Shown here piece after piece: positions 1-10,331 of a DNA stretch of 64,000 nt. Origin of the DNA: a virus. Position 1 is the first letter of the stretch, and every line of letters begins with the position of its first letter. The stretch covers positions 1 to 64,000 of IMG/VR virus record IMGVR_UViG_3300037961_004224. One strand, given 5' to 3'. The notes beneath the pieces were generated by a model. That model searched no databases and had not been told where the DNA came from. It saw only the letters and a list, made by a program, of their open reading frames with translations. The translations under genes were made by a program, and so were the position numbers.

Positions 1-2
1 GT

Positions 3-260
3 GGCAAATACTACCCATTTAAGAATTTTAGAACAAGATACTGGGAGGTAAAGTTCTTTGACCAAGGTTTTCGTAGAATTATAAAAGCAAAGATATTCAC
101 AGAAACTCATACCCAATACGATCCAGAGGTAGCAGACAGGGAGTTTTTTCCCAGTAAACTCAGGAGAGGTCTTACAAAACTACCGATAGATAAGTCTGCT
201 GTTATAAATAATCCAGAATGGCAAGACTTTGTAGAAAGATTAGTTCCACAATTTAATTAG
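3..260 (+). CDS. hypothetical protein, 5'-truncated by window edge
   Basis: Open frame from nt 3 (GKYYPFKNFRTRYWEVKFF...LVPQFN) to TAG at 258-260; not in ORF track because no start codon is in the window. Confidence 0.6.
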   Translation, partial: GKYYPFKNFRTRYWEVKFFDQGFRRIIKAKIFTETHTQYDPEVADREFFPSKLRRGLTKLPIDKSAVINNPEWQDFVERLVPQFN

Positions 261-268
261 GAAAACAA

Positions 269-703
269 ATGAAAAATATTATTTTTGGATGGAGTATTAT
301 TATTTTATGTATTGTTGGTGGTTGCAGATACGGTCAATACCGTTCTGACTCACAAACAAAAGAACAACTGCAAAAAGTAATTAACTGGAATACAAAACAG
401 ATTCACAGTCTGGGTGTTGCGGCAGCCACAGACAAACACAATGGAGAATTGTTGATTCAGATACTAAATAAGATAGAGGGCAATCCAGTCAAGCCTGTGC
501 CTAAATTTATACCGATTGGAGACATAGTAAGCTCAGACCCAACCGTTGAAGATGATGATGTGCCGATTACATTTGAGCAAGTATTTAAAGATCAGCGTGA
601 AGTAGATCAGTCGATCAGGGCTTTTGCTAGTAACAACCTTTTCCAAGCAGAGTCATTGCATAATATTTTAATAAAAATAAAATCTAATAATGAAAAAGAT
701 TGA
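269..703 (+). CDS. hypothetical membrane-anchored/exported protein
   Basis: N-terminal hydrophobic segment (IIFGWSIIILCIVGGC); no family recognised. Confidence 0.6.
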   Translation: MKNIIFGWSIIILCIVGGCRYGQYRSDSQTKEQLQKVINWNTKQIHSLGVAAATDKHNGELLIQILNKIEGNPVKPVPKFIPIGDIVSSDPTVEDDDVPITFEQVFKDQREVDQSIRAFASNNLFQAESLHNILIKIKSNNEKD

Positions 704-1086
704 GTATAATTGTGATAGTCAAAGTGCTAAAGAAGCACCTGAAAATGGGACATCCTTCTTTAAATAAATGTCCACTCAGTTTGGCTTTTCAAGAGAAATT
801 TGGATTCACTTCTAAATATGATACAAGATTAGTTCAAGTAAGTAGGAAATGCCTAACTTTACTGAACTATAACGGATTGTACGTTTATACAGTTAAACTT
901 CCTCCTATAGCAGAGCAATTTAATGATGCCTATTGGAAACATTATGAAGATGCTAGTAAATTTTCAAAATTACCAAAACCTTGTGAATTTGAGATAGGAG
1001 TAGTTGATGGATATGATGTGTTGCACAAAGTTATATTTGATATAAAAAACTGGCATGGAGATATGGAATATGAGTACCCAAGTTAA
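700..1086 (+). CDS. hypothetical protein (true start probably downstream, e.g. ATG 745)
   Basis: ORF track; a GAGTATAAT promoter-like motif overlaps the predicted start. Confidence 0.55.
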   Translation: MSIIVIVKVLKKHLKMGHPSLNKCPLSLAFQEKFGFTSKYDTRLVQVSRKCLTLLNYNGLYVYTVKLPPIAEQFNDAYWKHYEDASKFSKLPKPCEFEIGVVDGYDVLHKVIFDIKNWHGDMEYEYPS

Positions 1087-1513
1087 ATTGAAGCGTGGTC
1101 AAAAGTTATGTACCGAGTGTGGTTCTGTAAATGCAGCACGACAAAGGGTGTGCAAACAATGTGGTCATCAGTTTATTTCTAAGAATACACCTGTATCTGG
1201 AGAGATAAAAGACTGGAAATCGTTAAAAAAAGGTACTTTAATTAAGGTAATACAGGGTACTGGGCCATATTTTATCAGTAAAAAAGATTGTGATGAAGCA
1301 TTTGCTGGTGAAAAAATTTGCATGGGTAATACTGGTGTATATAAGGTAGTAGGAGTTGATGATAAGGGAATAGTGGCCTATGGAGCATCTCCAAAAAATG
1401 CAGGCTTTACTTATCTTTACATGGGAAATGCTAGAGTATCGCAGACTACCGGAACTTACTTAGAACCATATAGAATAAAATTTGTAAAAAAATTAAAAAG
1501 GAAGAATAAATGA
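1070..1513 (+). CDS. zinc-ribbon protein
   Basis: CTECG...CKQCGH double CxxC; GGAG upstream of ATG 1070. Confidence 0.6.
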   Translation: MSTQVKLKRGQKLCTECGSVNAARQRVCKQCGHQFISKNTPVSGEIKDWKSLKKGTLIKVIQGTGPYFISKKDCDEAFAGEKICMGNTGVYKVVGVDDKGIVAYGASPKNAGFTYLYMGNARVSQTTGTYLEPYRIKFVKKLKRKNK

Positions 1514-2037
1514 GCGATTTAACAGTAACGGCAACCATATCAAATGATATATCATACACGATAGTAAAACTTGGCTCAAATACACAAAGCGAGTCTGCAT
1601 CTTTAGCTTATAGTCAGGCATTGACCTCACCAACTGGCACTTATTCTGCTTCAGGGCTTCAAATAAACTATGGTGTTTTACAAAGCGGTAGTGTTCCTGC
1701 TTCTGGAAAAGTGTCTTTTGATTTAAAAGCATTTGAAAAAGAATCGTTTGGTGCTTCTGCAAACATTTCTTTTACTAAAATTAAATCAATACTTGTGGAA
1801 AATAGAAATACAAGTTATGGAGAAGATTTAATTATTGGTGCTACGGGAACAAAAGCATTTACAGAGCCTTGGAGCAATTCAGGTGGTGGCTCAATCAAGC
1901 CTTATGCAGTTTGGAGTTACTCTGATCCAATATCCGGTGCTGTTGTAGACGCTACAAATAAAGAGTTTGTTATACAAAATAATAATACAGGAACCCCAAT
2001 TCTGTACACTACAATAGCAGTTGGGGTAACGGGATAA
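1510..2037 (+). CDS. hypothetical protein, possibly virion structural
   Basis: S/T/G/A-rich, beta-rich composition; no catalytic motifs seen. Confidence 0.45.
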   Translation: MSDLTVTATISNDISYTIVKLGSNTQSESASLAYSQALTSPTGTYSASGLQINYGVLQSGSVPASGKVSFDLKAFEKESFGASANISFTKIKSILVENRNTSYGEDLIIGATGTKAFTEPWSNSGGGSIKPYAVWSYSDPISGAVVDATNKEFVIQNNNTGTPILYTTIAVGVTG

Positions 2038-2039
2038 AT

Positions 2040-2879
2040 ATGAAGGTTTTATGGATTGCAGATTTTGGACTCCAGCATAATATAGGTGGGGCACAAAGGA
2101 CAGACTCATTTGTAATACAAGAAGGCATCAACAGAGGTCATGAGATAGTTTTTCTAAACTATGACACTCCAAGCGATGTCTTGAATGATACATATGATTT
2201 AGTAGTTACTGGAAACTTAGAAACAATTAGTCAGAGAAGACCTGATGTTTTTCAGTATTTATTAAATCATCCTAATCATGTAAGGTTTGAGCATGACTCA
2301 AATTCTTATTTGTCTCAAGATGCAAGAAAAGCATTATTTAATTCTACAAAAAAAACTATCTTTCTGTCTGAATTTCATCATCAAACATTCGTACAGCTAT
2401 ATGGAAACATATTCAAAAATGTCGAGATAGTCAGACCTTTTATTGATTCAAAAGTATTTTATGATTTCCAACAGGAAAGAGAAGAAAAAACTTTATATGT
2501 TGGGTTTTTTCATTTCCTGAAAGGTACTGTAAAATTTTTGGACTTTGTTATCAACAATCCAGATAAGAAGTTCATAGTCGCCGGATGGGGCAACAAGGGG
2601 TTTGAGGACCATATAAAGTATCTGCACAATGTCGAGTACATAGGCAAAGTAGATCATGGTGAAATGCCAAAATTATTCAATAAATACAAAACCATGTATT
2701 ATCATCCAGAAAAATTTGAGCCATTCTGTAGATCAGTAGGAGAAGCAATAATGTGTGGGATGCAATTAGACGTAAGTGATAATATTGGTGCTTTTCATGA
2801 TCTTCAAAAGTATGGCATAGAAGAATTAAGACAGATGTGTTCTGATTCTCCTAAGATTTGGTGGAACAAAGTTGAATAA
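2040..2879 (+). CDS. glycosyltransferase, GT-B fold (GT4-like)
   Basis: GGAQR N-terminal motif; C-terminal acceptor motif KFEPFCRSVGEAIMCG. Confidence 0.8.
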   Translation: MKVLWIADFGLQHNIGGAQRTDSFVIQEGINRGHEIVFLNYDTPSDVLNDTYDLVVTGNLETISQRRPDVFQYLLNHPNHVRFEHDSNSYLSQDARKALFNSTKKTIFLSEFHHQTFVQLYGNIFKNVEIVRPFIDSKVFYDFQQEREEKTLYVGFFHFLKGTVKFLDFVINNPDKKFIVAGWGNKGFEDHIKYLHNVEYIGKVDHGEMPKLFNKYKTMYYHPEKFEPFCRSVGEAIMCGMQLDVSDNIGAFHDLQKYGIEELRQMCSDSPKIWWNKVE

Positions 2880-2928
2880 TACCGAGTATAATTTTATATG
2901 ACGTGTTGTTTTATACCACTAAAAGGAT

Positions 2929-3804
2929 GTGAATATGAATGTTGGAGTTATTGGAAGAGGCTTTGTAGGCGGCTCAATAGAAAAGTTTTTGAAAACAAGA
3001 AGTAAATATCCTGTAAAATCTTATGATTTAAAAGATGATACAGATATGAATAATGCCTACAGCAACATTGTAAAACGCAGCGATCTTATCTATGTCTGCG
3101 TTCCAACACCGATGGACTATCAAGGAAATTGTTATACTGATATAGTCAGAGGTTGTGTACAACTCCTGAATTTCTATGCAGATGCACATAAAAAAAGACC
3201 TGTCGTTTTGTTAAAATCAACGATGGTTCCAAAGACCACAGAATCTTTTAAAAAAGAATTTAAAAATCTAATCTTTGTAACTAATCCAGAATTTCTAACA
3301 GAAAGAACCGCATATGATGATTTATGCAATAGTAAGTTTCATGTTATAGGCATTGATGATTCTGAAACTGAAACTAAAAAACTACTGCTTGATTATCATA
3401 ACTCGATGTGGCCTGATTCTAAATCTATCTTTGTAACTAATACTCAGGCAGAGATGATAAAGTATCTTACCAATACTTATTTTTCTGTAAAAGTTTCTTT
3501 TGCCAATCACATCTATCAGCTTTGTCAAGCTATGGGAATGGATTACAAAACATTCATTGACGCAGCTATAGAGTCAGACCCTAGACTTGGAGAGCTACAC
3601 TGGAATGTTCCCGGCCCCGATGGTCTTATGGGGTTTGGTGGAAAATGTTTTCCAAAAGACTTTAATGGAATGATTAAACTATTTGATGAAAATAATGTTA
3701 ATTGTGAAATTTTAAAGATGATTTGGAAGTATAATGTAGATGTTAGGGGAGAAAATGACTGGCAAAAAATTGAAGGTGCGGTGTGTCAAGAACAGGATCA
3801 ATAG
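2929..3804 (+). CDS. UDP-glucose/GDP-mannose dehydrogenase family, short form
   Basis: GRGFVG Rossmann motif, VCVPTP, KSTMVP, NPEFL, GFGGKCFPKD with catalytic Cys. Confidence 0.88.
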   Translation: MNMNVGVIGRGFVGGSIEKFLKTRSKYPVKSYDLKDDTDMNNAYSNIVKRSDLIYVCVPTPMDYQGNCYTDIVRGCVQLLNFYADAHKKRPVVLLKSTMVPKTTESFKKEFKNLIFVTNPEFLTERTAYDDLCNSKFHVIGIDDSETETKKLLLDYHNSMWPDSKSIFVTNTQAEMIKYLTNTYFSVKVSFANHIYQLCQAMGMDYKTFIDAAIESDPRLGELHWNVPGPDGLMGFGGKCFPKDFNGMIKLFDENNVNCEILKMIWKYNVDVRGENDWQKIEGAVCQEQDQ

Positions 3805-4790
3805 TATTTGCAACTAAATCTGGACTAGGCATACTAGCTAAAAATTTATATGAATCAAAAATAATAGATAAAGTCTTTATAGCTGGTCATCCTAAATTTG
3901 AATCTCATCCAGAATGGTACGACAGAAAAGATGTAGTTCTTTCCGAGAAGGAGCTTATTGATTCTGTCGATACCCTTTTTATATTGGAGGCTCCACTACC
4001 AGACCCATTTGATTGGTCTATAGTTGAGTTAGCACAATCTATGGGCAAGCGTGTTGTTCTTATGCCAATGTATGAGTCAACACCACGATCTCATCTTGTG
4101 TTTATGGATAAGATTATATGTCCATCTCTTCTTGATCTTGAATATTATGAAGATTATGACTCATGCTTTATTCCCGTTCCATCGCCAACAGATGTAGAAT
4201 GGAAATTAAGAGAGCGTGCAAATGTATTTGTTCACAATGTTGGGCATGGTGGAATATACTCAAGGAATGGCACTGCTGAAATAATCAAAGCTCTGCCGTT
4301 GATAAAATCTCAAGATATAAAAATTATCATAAGAGTACAACCTGATGCCAACCCAGATATAGCACAACTACTAGATAGTATATCGGATCACAGGGTTTCT
4401 ATAGAAAAAAGACACGTTCCTTTTAAAGAACTGTGGTCTACGGGTGATGTGTTTTTATTTCCAGAGAAGTTCAATGGACTTTCCCTGCCTCTGCAAGAAG
4501 CCCATGCTGCTGGTATGCTCGTTATGGCAGGAGATCGCTCTCCAGTTAATACTTGGCTACCAAAAGAACCACTAATACCTGTGTCTGGTTATTTTAATAC
4601 AGAGCTTCCTTGGATTGGAATAAAAGTAAGAAATGCAATCATGTCTCCAGAAGATATAGCAAAGACTATTGACCAATGGGCCGGTAAAGATATTTCAGAA
4701 TATTCAAAAATCGGACAGTCATGGGCATCTCAGAACACTGGAGATTTACTAAGAGAAAAATATTTGGAGCAATTACATGTCAAAAAATAG
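3783..4790 (+). CDS. glycosyltransferase (GT4-like)
   Basis: PEKFNGLSLPLQEAHAAG acceptor-domain motif. Confidence 0.8.
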   Translation: MSRTGSIVFATKSGLGILAKNLYESKIIDKVFIAGHPKFESHPEWYDRKDVVLSEKELIDSVDTLFILEAPLPDPFDWSIVELAQSMGKRVVLMPMYESTPRSHLVFMDKIICPSLLDLEYYEDYDSCFIPVPSPTDVEWKLRERANVFVHNVGHGGIYSRNGTAEIIKALPLIKSQDIKIIIRVQPDANPDIAQLLDSISDHRVSIEKRHVPFKELWSTGDVFLFPEKFNGLSLPLQEAHAAGMLVMAGDRSPVNTWLPKEPLIPVSGYFNTELPWIGIKVRNAIMSPEDIAKTIDQWAGKDISEYSKIGQSWASQNTGDLLREKYLEQLHVKK

Positions 4791-5499
4791 ATGTTATTGC
4801 ATGAATTGCATGTTAAAGATGAAAAAGGTCACTAAGCATGATATGGCACAAGCACATATGAGTTTTTTATCTGATCAATATTATTCCCATTTTTATGCAC
4901 ATGGTCAAGTTAAAAGTATTTATAATTATATTCCAAAAACAGCAGAATATTTTATTGTTGCAGGACCAGCCAATGGAGATGAAGCACAAGAAATCTCAAT
5001 TGATTTTCCCGATTTGAAAATAATTGGATTTGAACCTTCAAAAGAAGCGTTTGAATTTCAGACTAAAAATGATTTTCCCGGAGATTTATTTGATGTTGCT
5101 TTATCTAATGAAAATAAAAAATTGAAATTTTATAATAAATCAATTAATCAAGGAACTTGTTTTGGACAAGAAGATGACAATATAGAAAGCTATAATGTAG
5201 ATGCTATAACTATGGATAGCTTCATAGAGGCCAATCCCAAAATAAATAATATAGTCTTGTGGGCCGACATAGAAGGCGGTGAATATGATATGTTAATGGG
5301 GTTTGAAAAATATCTTGATCGTGTTTTATGTATGAATTTAGAAGTCATGGAAGACCCTAACAATAGAGATGGGTATATTAAAAAAGTGAATGACTTTCTT
5401 GTTAGCAATGGGTTTTATCTTGCACGCAGATGGAATCTAGGTAGACCACAAAAAAATGGTGAATTTTTAAGAGGAGATTACATATATGTCAGAAAATGA
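4777..5499 (+). CDS. FkbM-family SAM methyltransferase
   Basis: VAGPANG motif I variant, IGFEPS, VDAITMDSF, WADIEGGEYDML. Confidence 0.8.
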   Translation: MSKNRCYCMNCMLKMKKVTKHDMAQAHMSFLSDQYYSHFYAHGQVKSIYNYIPKTAEYFIVAGPANGDEAQEISIDFPDLKIIGFEPSKEAFEFQTKNDFPGDLFDVALSNENKKLKFYNKSINQGTCFGQEDDNIESYNVDAITMDSFIEANPKINNIVLWADIEGGEYDMLMGFEKYLDRVLCMNLEVMEDPNNRDGYIKKVNDFLVSNGFYLARRWNLGRPQKNGEFLRGDYIYVRK

Positions 5500-6067
5500 A
5501 TTTTGGATGGATAAAGAAGAACAAGAATTTTTCATGAGCCACGTTAAAAAAAGCCATAAGGTTTTGGAATGGGGGTCTGGAAACTCTACGCTGCATTTAC
5601 AAGATAAAGTTAAGAAATTAGTATCTGTTGAGCATAATCCTGAGTGGTATGATAAGCTACAACCTCAACTAAAAAAATCTGTTGAGTACATTCTTGCAAC
5701 GCCAAATATACCAGACTGGGAAAATCAATTTAGCATTGTCGGTCAAGACGAAAATGGCCAGCCGCAAATAACTAAAAATATAAAAGCAGACGATGGAACT
5801 CTTGAAGATTTTTGCAATTATGTTACAGCACCATCGTTGTTGACAGATCATAAATTCGATATTATTTTTATTGATGGAAGAGCAAGAGTGGCTTGTGCAT
5901 TTGCTAGTATGTTTTTAATAAAGCCCAGAGGCAAAATATTCATACATGATTTCGGACCCGGAGTAAAGCATCCTACTTTGCCATATAGGGTATACTACAA
6001 TTTAGTCAATGATTTTCTTGAACCAGTTGACAATGTGAAAACTATGTATATGTTTAAGGCCAGATAA
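5486..6067 (+). CDS. class I SAM-dependent methyltransferase
   Basis: VLEWGSGNST, LVSVEH, FDIIFIDGRAR, IFIHD. Confidence 0.8.
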   Translation: MSENEFWMDKEEQEFFMSHVKKSHKVLEWGSGNSTLHLQDKVKKLVSVEHNPEWYDKLQPQLKKSVEYILATPNIPDWENQFSIVGQDENGQPQITKNIKADDGTLEDFCNYVTAPSLLTDHKFDIIFIDGRARVACAFASMFLIKPRGKIFIHDFGPGVKHPTLPYRVYYNLVNDFLEPVDNVKTMYMFKAR

Positions 6068-6068
6068 A

Positions 6069-6266
6069 ATGAGAGAACGATGTAAAGATTGCGGCGGTTA
6101 TCATGACAATGATAAAACAAATATGGCAAAATCTGTATTACTAACCACTATACAAGAGTTAAAGAAACACTATGATGCCAGAATAAGATTAGACCAAAAA
6201 ATAAAAACACTTGAAGAAACAGTTTTAGAGTACCAATTAGTTATATTTAGTGAAGGCGAGAGATGA
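6069..6266 (+). CDS. small hypothetical protein
   Basis: Fills gap with coupled start/stop; CxxC followed by coiled-coil. Confidence 0.5.
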   Translation: MRERCKDCGGYHDNDKTNMAKSVLLTTIQELKKHYDARIRLDQKIKTLEETVLEYQLVIFSEGER

Positions 6267-7150
6267 AATTAAAAGTATTGCCAAGCACGCTTCAATATTC
6301 TGCAAAACAGCTAAAATATAGCAATGAATTATTTTTTTCTCCAGTTATAAAATTTCTGTCAGAAAAAATTGATATTACATTTGATTTGTATTCCGAAGCT
6401 GATGTTTGCTTTCTTGGATATTTTGGATCAAATGCAATAGTACCACACAAAGATATTTATAACAGTATTATTTCTAAATTTAGGAAAACTAAATACATAG
6501 CGTATATATTTGATATGTACGAATATGATTCATATCAAGATACAATTAAAATATTAAAAATGTGTGATGAAGTGTGGGTTCCTAGTGATTCTACTCGTAA
6601 AATGGTTAAAGATATTTGTGGTTTAGAAAGCAAAGTTGTAGAAATATATGCTCAATTTTTTGAAACACCTAATATAAAAGATGAAAATTATATTTTAAAT
6701 TGTTCACCGAGATATGAATTTGATCCATATTGGAATTGGGCTAACAAAGCATGTAATGAATTAGACATACCGTATAAAGAGACAGATAAAAGATCAGTAA
6801 AAAGATCGGACGGAACAAGACTGCCTTGTGATGTAGAGATAAGCGATTACTACAAACTAATTAGTGAGTGTACATTTACTATTGTTTCAGAATCTTGCAC
6901 TTCAACAGGAGGGCTTGGTAATTTAGAAGCGTTGAACTTAGGGAAAAAATGTATATCAAATAAAAAAAATGGATTGATAAACTATTGTGGAGATTTTGCT
7001 GACTACTTTGATACATATGAAGAACTTAAAAACTTAATAAAATACAACTGGGAAAATAGAAATTTTAGATCAGTTGAAGACTGCAAGAATCATTGCTATA
7101 ACTTTACACCCGAAAAAACCGCCGAAAGATTCTACAAAGAGTTGTTATGA
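6263..7150 (+). CDS. glycosyltransferase-like protein (paralog of 9465-10331)
   Basis: CDEVWVPS, STGGLGNLEALNLGK; shared WA-KAC-EL-IPY motif with 9465 ORF. Confidence 0.65.
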   Translation: MKLKVLPSTLQYSAKQLKYSNELFFSPVIKFLSEKIDITFDLYSEADVCFLGYFGSNAIVPHKDIYNSIISKFRKTKYIAYIFDMYEYDSYQDTIKILKMCDEVWVPSDSTRKMVKDICGLESKVVEIYAQFFETPNIKDENYILNCSPRYEFDPYWNWANKACNELDIPYKETDKRSVKRSDGTRLPCDVEISDYYKLISECTFTIVSESCTSTGGLGNLEALNLGKKCISNKKNGLINYCGDFADYFDTYEELKNLIKYNWENRNFRSVEDCKNHCYNFTPEKTAERFYKELL

Positions 7151-8037
7151 AAATATTATATATAGCTAAACATGGCCAACAAAATAATGATGATGAAGGT
7201 TCAATATATGAATCATTGACTTTATTGGGACATAAAGTTGATAGATTTCAGTTAAATTATTTCAAAACAGATAAGCCGATATTAGATAATATCAGTAACC
7301 ATTATGATTTTGCTTTGTTTCATAAACTTCCAGATGCAGATTATGTGGAATATGTCTGTAATAAATGGAAGGGCGTATGTTGGTATTTTGATGCTATTGG
7401 TAAGGGGTTTGATAGTAATGACGACTATGTTAATTTAGTTAAAGATTATTTTAATATAGGATTTTTTACGGATGGTGATTTTGTTAATAGTCAGAACAAA
7501 AATAATGTAAAACTTTTGAGACAAGGTTTAGACTTAGCTGATGATAACAATGTATTTGTTCCTAATGTAGCATACAGATTAGGTGCTGAACCAATACCTT
7601 TTATTTTTATTGGAACTATTGGTCATGGTGGATATTTAGAGCGAGAACAATATCTTGAGAAACTTCAAAATGATTTTATAGGATGGAGACCACACAACAA
7701 GTATGATATTTTTAAAGAACACCTATCCTCTGTTTGCCGACAAACTAAAATTATGCTTGCAATGCCACCAGCTACTGATCACTACTGGTCTAATCGTGTT
7801 TACTTACTAGGAGGAAGAAGTGCTTTTGTTCTTCATCCATATTCTTCTGAATTACAAAAACAATTTGGGGATAGTATGGCTTTTTATAAAGACTATGAAG
7901 AGTTAAAAGAAAAGATAGATTATTTTTTAGTAAACCATGAAGAAAGGCAAAGTATGTCACAAAAAGCACACAGTATCATAATCAATGAACATTCCTATTT
8001 AAATAGATGTTCTGATTTAATTAAGGAGATACAATGA
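7147..8037 (+). CDS. CgeB-like glycosyltransferase (Glyco_trans_1_2), copy 1
   Basis: YWSNRVYLLGGRSAFVL...ELKEKIDYFL..HEER...HSYLNR C-terminal CgeB-type pattern. Confidence 0.75.
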   Translation: MKILYIAKHGQQNNDDEGSIYESLTLLGHKVDRFQLNYFKTDKPILDNISNHYDFALFHKLPDADYVEYVCNKWKGVCWYFDAIGKGFDSNDDYVNLVKDYFNIGFFTDGDFVNSQNKNNVKLLRQGLDLADDNNVFVPNVAYRLGAEPIPFIFIGTIGHGGYLEREQYLEKLQNDFIGWRPHNKYDIFKEHLSSVCRQTKIMLAMPPATDHYWSNRVYLLGGRSAFVLHPYSSELQKQFGDSMAFYKDYEELKEKIDYFLVNHEERQSMSQKAHSIIINEHSYLNRCSDLIKEIQ

Positions 8038-8924
8038 AAATACTATATATTGCAAAACATGGCCAGTCAAATAACGACGATGAAGGTGCAATATACAAAG
8101 GTCTTACTCTTCATGATTGTAGTGTTGATAAATTTGATTTAGTATCATTTGAAGACGATAAAAAACGTCTTGATGAAATAGATGAAGCATATGATTATGT
8201 TTTATTTCATAAACTTCCATGTGAAGATTACGTAGAATATGTCTGCAATAAGTGGGATGGTATTTGCTGGTACTTTGATCCAATAAATAAAGGTTTTCCA
8301 TTAAACGATAAATATGTATCCATGATAAAGGATAATATTAAAATTGGTTTTTTTACAGATGGCGATTTTGTAAAAAAAGAAAACAAAGAAAACCTAAGAA
8401 TACTAAGGCAAGGTCTCGATGATTGTGTGCCAACATGGTCAGATTCAAACAGAATAAAAGATTTTTCTTTTATTGGAACAACATGTCCTAAGAAAAATTG
8501 TAGTTGTGGATATAGCACAAGATCAAATTACATAACAAGGCTGCAATCTGATTTTAAAAACTGGAAACCAGACATTACAAATATATACTGGAAAGAATCT
8601 CTTACCAAAGTGTGCCATTTAAATAAAATCATGCTTGCGATGCCGCCAGCCACTGATCTTTACTGGTCAAATAGACTTTATGTTTTGGCGGGTAGGGGTG
8701 CTTTTGTATTACACCCAGAGTCTTACGAGTTAAAAAAACAGTTTGGTGAAAATTTAGCAATGTATAAAAATTATGAAGAACTAAAAGATAAAATAAATTA
8801 TTACATCAATAACCATGAAAAAAGAAATAATATGGCTAAAAAATGTCAAAGTATAATTGTAAATGAACATTCTTATTTCCATAGATGTAAAGAATTGTCG
8901 GAGATTTTAAATGAATACAGATAG
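8034..8924 (+). CDS. CgeB-like glycosyltransferase, copy 2
   Basis: Tandem paralog of 7147-8037; both 296 aa and both start MKILYIAKHGQ-NNDDEG. Confidence 0.75.
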   Translation: MKILYIAKHGQSNNDDEGAIYKGLTLHDCSVDKFDLVSFEDDKKRLDEIDEAYDYVLFHKLPCEDYVEYVCNKWDGICWYFDPINKGFPLNDKYVSMIKDNIKIGFFTDGDFVKKENKENLRILRQGLDDCVPTWSDSNRIKDFSFIGTTCPKKNCSCGYSTRSNYITRLQSDFKNWKPDITNIYWKESLTKVCHLNKIMLAMPPATDLYWSNRLYVLAGRGAFVLHPESYELKKQFGENLAMYKNYEELKDKINYYINNHEKRNNMAKKCQSIIVNEHSYFHRCKELSEILNEYR

Positions 8925-9468
8925 AAATAAATTAGTAGATACATCTGAATTTTGGAAACAAAGAATAGATGATTCTAAAATAACCGGAGATATAAGGCAC
9001 TCTGTTTTTAGAGCACCAGAACAAGAATGGCAAAAGGTTTGCAAAGATCATAAAGATATAATTAAAAAAATATTAAAGAAAAAATTTTTAAAAGGAAGGG
9101 TATATGACATACTAGATGCTGGCTGTGCATACGGAAGAGGTATTGATTTACTCCCAAAAGACTGGTCTGGTAGATACGTTGGAATAGACCAATCTCAAGA
9201 TTTTATAAATTTAGCAGAATCTAAATATCCAGACTATGAATTTTATTGTGAAAACTTAAAGCATTTGCCGTTTGAAGACAATGAGTTTGATGTGGCAATA
9301 TGTACCAGTGTTATGATTATGGTCGTTCAAAATTTAGGATGGTTTGAATGGGAAAAAATACAAAACGAATTGCTTAGAGTTTCTAAATGTATTCTATGTC
9401 TTGAATATGGAACAACAGATACAGCTACCGCATCCTCTACATTTTATACAATAGGCGATCTATCATGA
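8911..9468 (+). CDS. class I SAM-dependent methyltransferase
   Basis: ILDAGCAYG, YVGIDQS, LPFEDNEFDV. Confidence 0.88.
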   Translation: MNTDRNKLVDTSEFWKQRIDDSKITGDIRHSVFRAPEQEWQKVCKDHKDIIKKILKKKFLKGRVYDILDAGCAYGRGIDLLPKDWSGRYVGIDQSQDFINLAESKYPDYEFYCENLKHLPFEDNEFDVAICTSVMIMVVQNLGWFEWEKIQNELLRVSKCILCLEYGTTDTATASSTFYTIGDLS

Positions 9469-10331
9469 AAATATTTGCATTTTGGACGGGTGCTCCTTAC
9501 ATGAAAAGCATCTTGGAAGAGTTTGAAAAACAAGGTCATGAAATAACAGATAGACCATCAGAAGATTGCGACCTACATATATGTTTGCAGATGGGCGATC
9601 AAAATACACACAATGCACTTATTGACATCAAAAAAAGATTTCCAGATGTTCCATTTTTTACTTATGTATGGGACTGTTATGAATGGATTACGAACCCTAG
9701 ACATGATAGAGGTTATGATTGGTCTGGACTTGGCAGAGTTTGCAATGTAAGTGAAAAAGTATTTGTTCCTTCTGAGGGGCAACGATACAGATGCTTACAA
9801 CATTGGGGAGTTGGTTTGGAAAAAACAAAATCAATACCCGCATACGCACCATTTTTTGAGCACCAAACATTAGATCTTGATTATGTTTGTGATCCACTTA
9901 GAGCGATCCCAGATAGACATGCTGGATGGGCAGAACGTGCTTGTTCAGAACTAAACATTCCGTATCAGCATGGAGGAAGAGGCAAAGATAAAACCATAAA
10001 AGATTGGGATGAGTATAAACAATGGATTGCTAACTCTTCATTTGTGATATGCCCGTGGTATGAGGCTTCAACAGGAGGAATGTCTCTGGTCGAAGCATAT
10101 TACATAGGCAAAGAGGTTTTAATATGCAATTCTCCGTATATGGGAGCAAAAGATTACTTTGGAGATCGTGCAAATTATTTTAAGCCAACATATGAATCAA
10201 TGAAAGAATCACTGCAAAAAATGTGGGAAGAAAGACCATCAAGATATTCTTTGAAAGATAGAAGAAAATTTTGTGAAAGATTCAGCCTAGAAAATTTTTG
10301 CAAGAATATAATAAAGGAAATTGACAAGTGA
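9465..10331 (+). CDS. glycosyltransferase-like protein
   Basis: EASTGGMSLVEAYYIGK acceptor motif; paralog of 6263-7150. Confidence 0.7.
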   Translation: MKIFAFWTGAPYMKSILEEFEKQGHEITDRPSEDCDLHICLQMGDQNTHNALIDIKKRFPDVPFFTYVWDCYEWITNPRHDRGYDWSGLGRVCNVSEKVFVPSEGQRYRCLQHWGVGLEKTKSIPAYAPFFEHQTLDLDYVCDPLRAIPDRHAGWAERACSELNIPYQHGGRGKDKTIKDWDEYKQWIANSSFVICPWYEASTGGMSLVEAYYIGKEVLICNSPYMGAKDYFGDRANYFKPTYESMKESLQKMWEERPSRYSLKDRRKFCERFSLENFCKNIIKEIDK

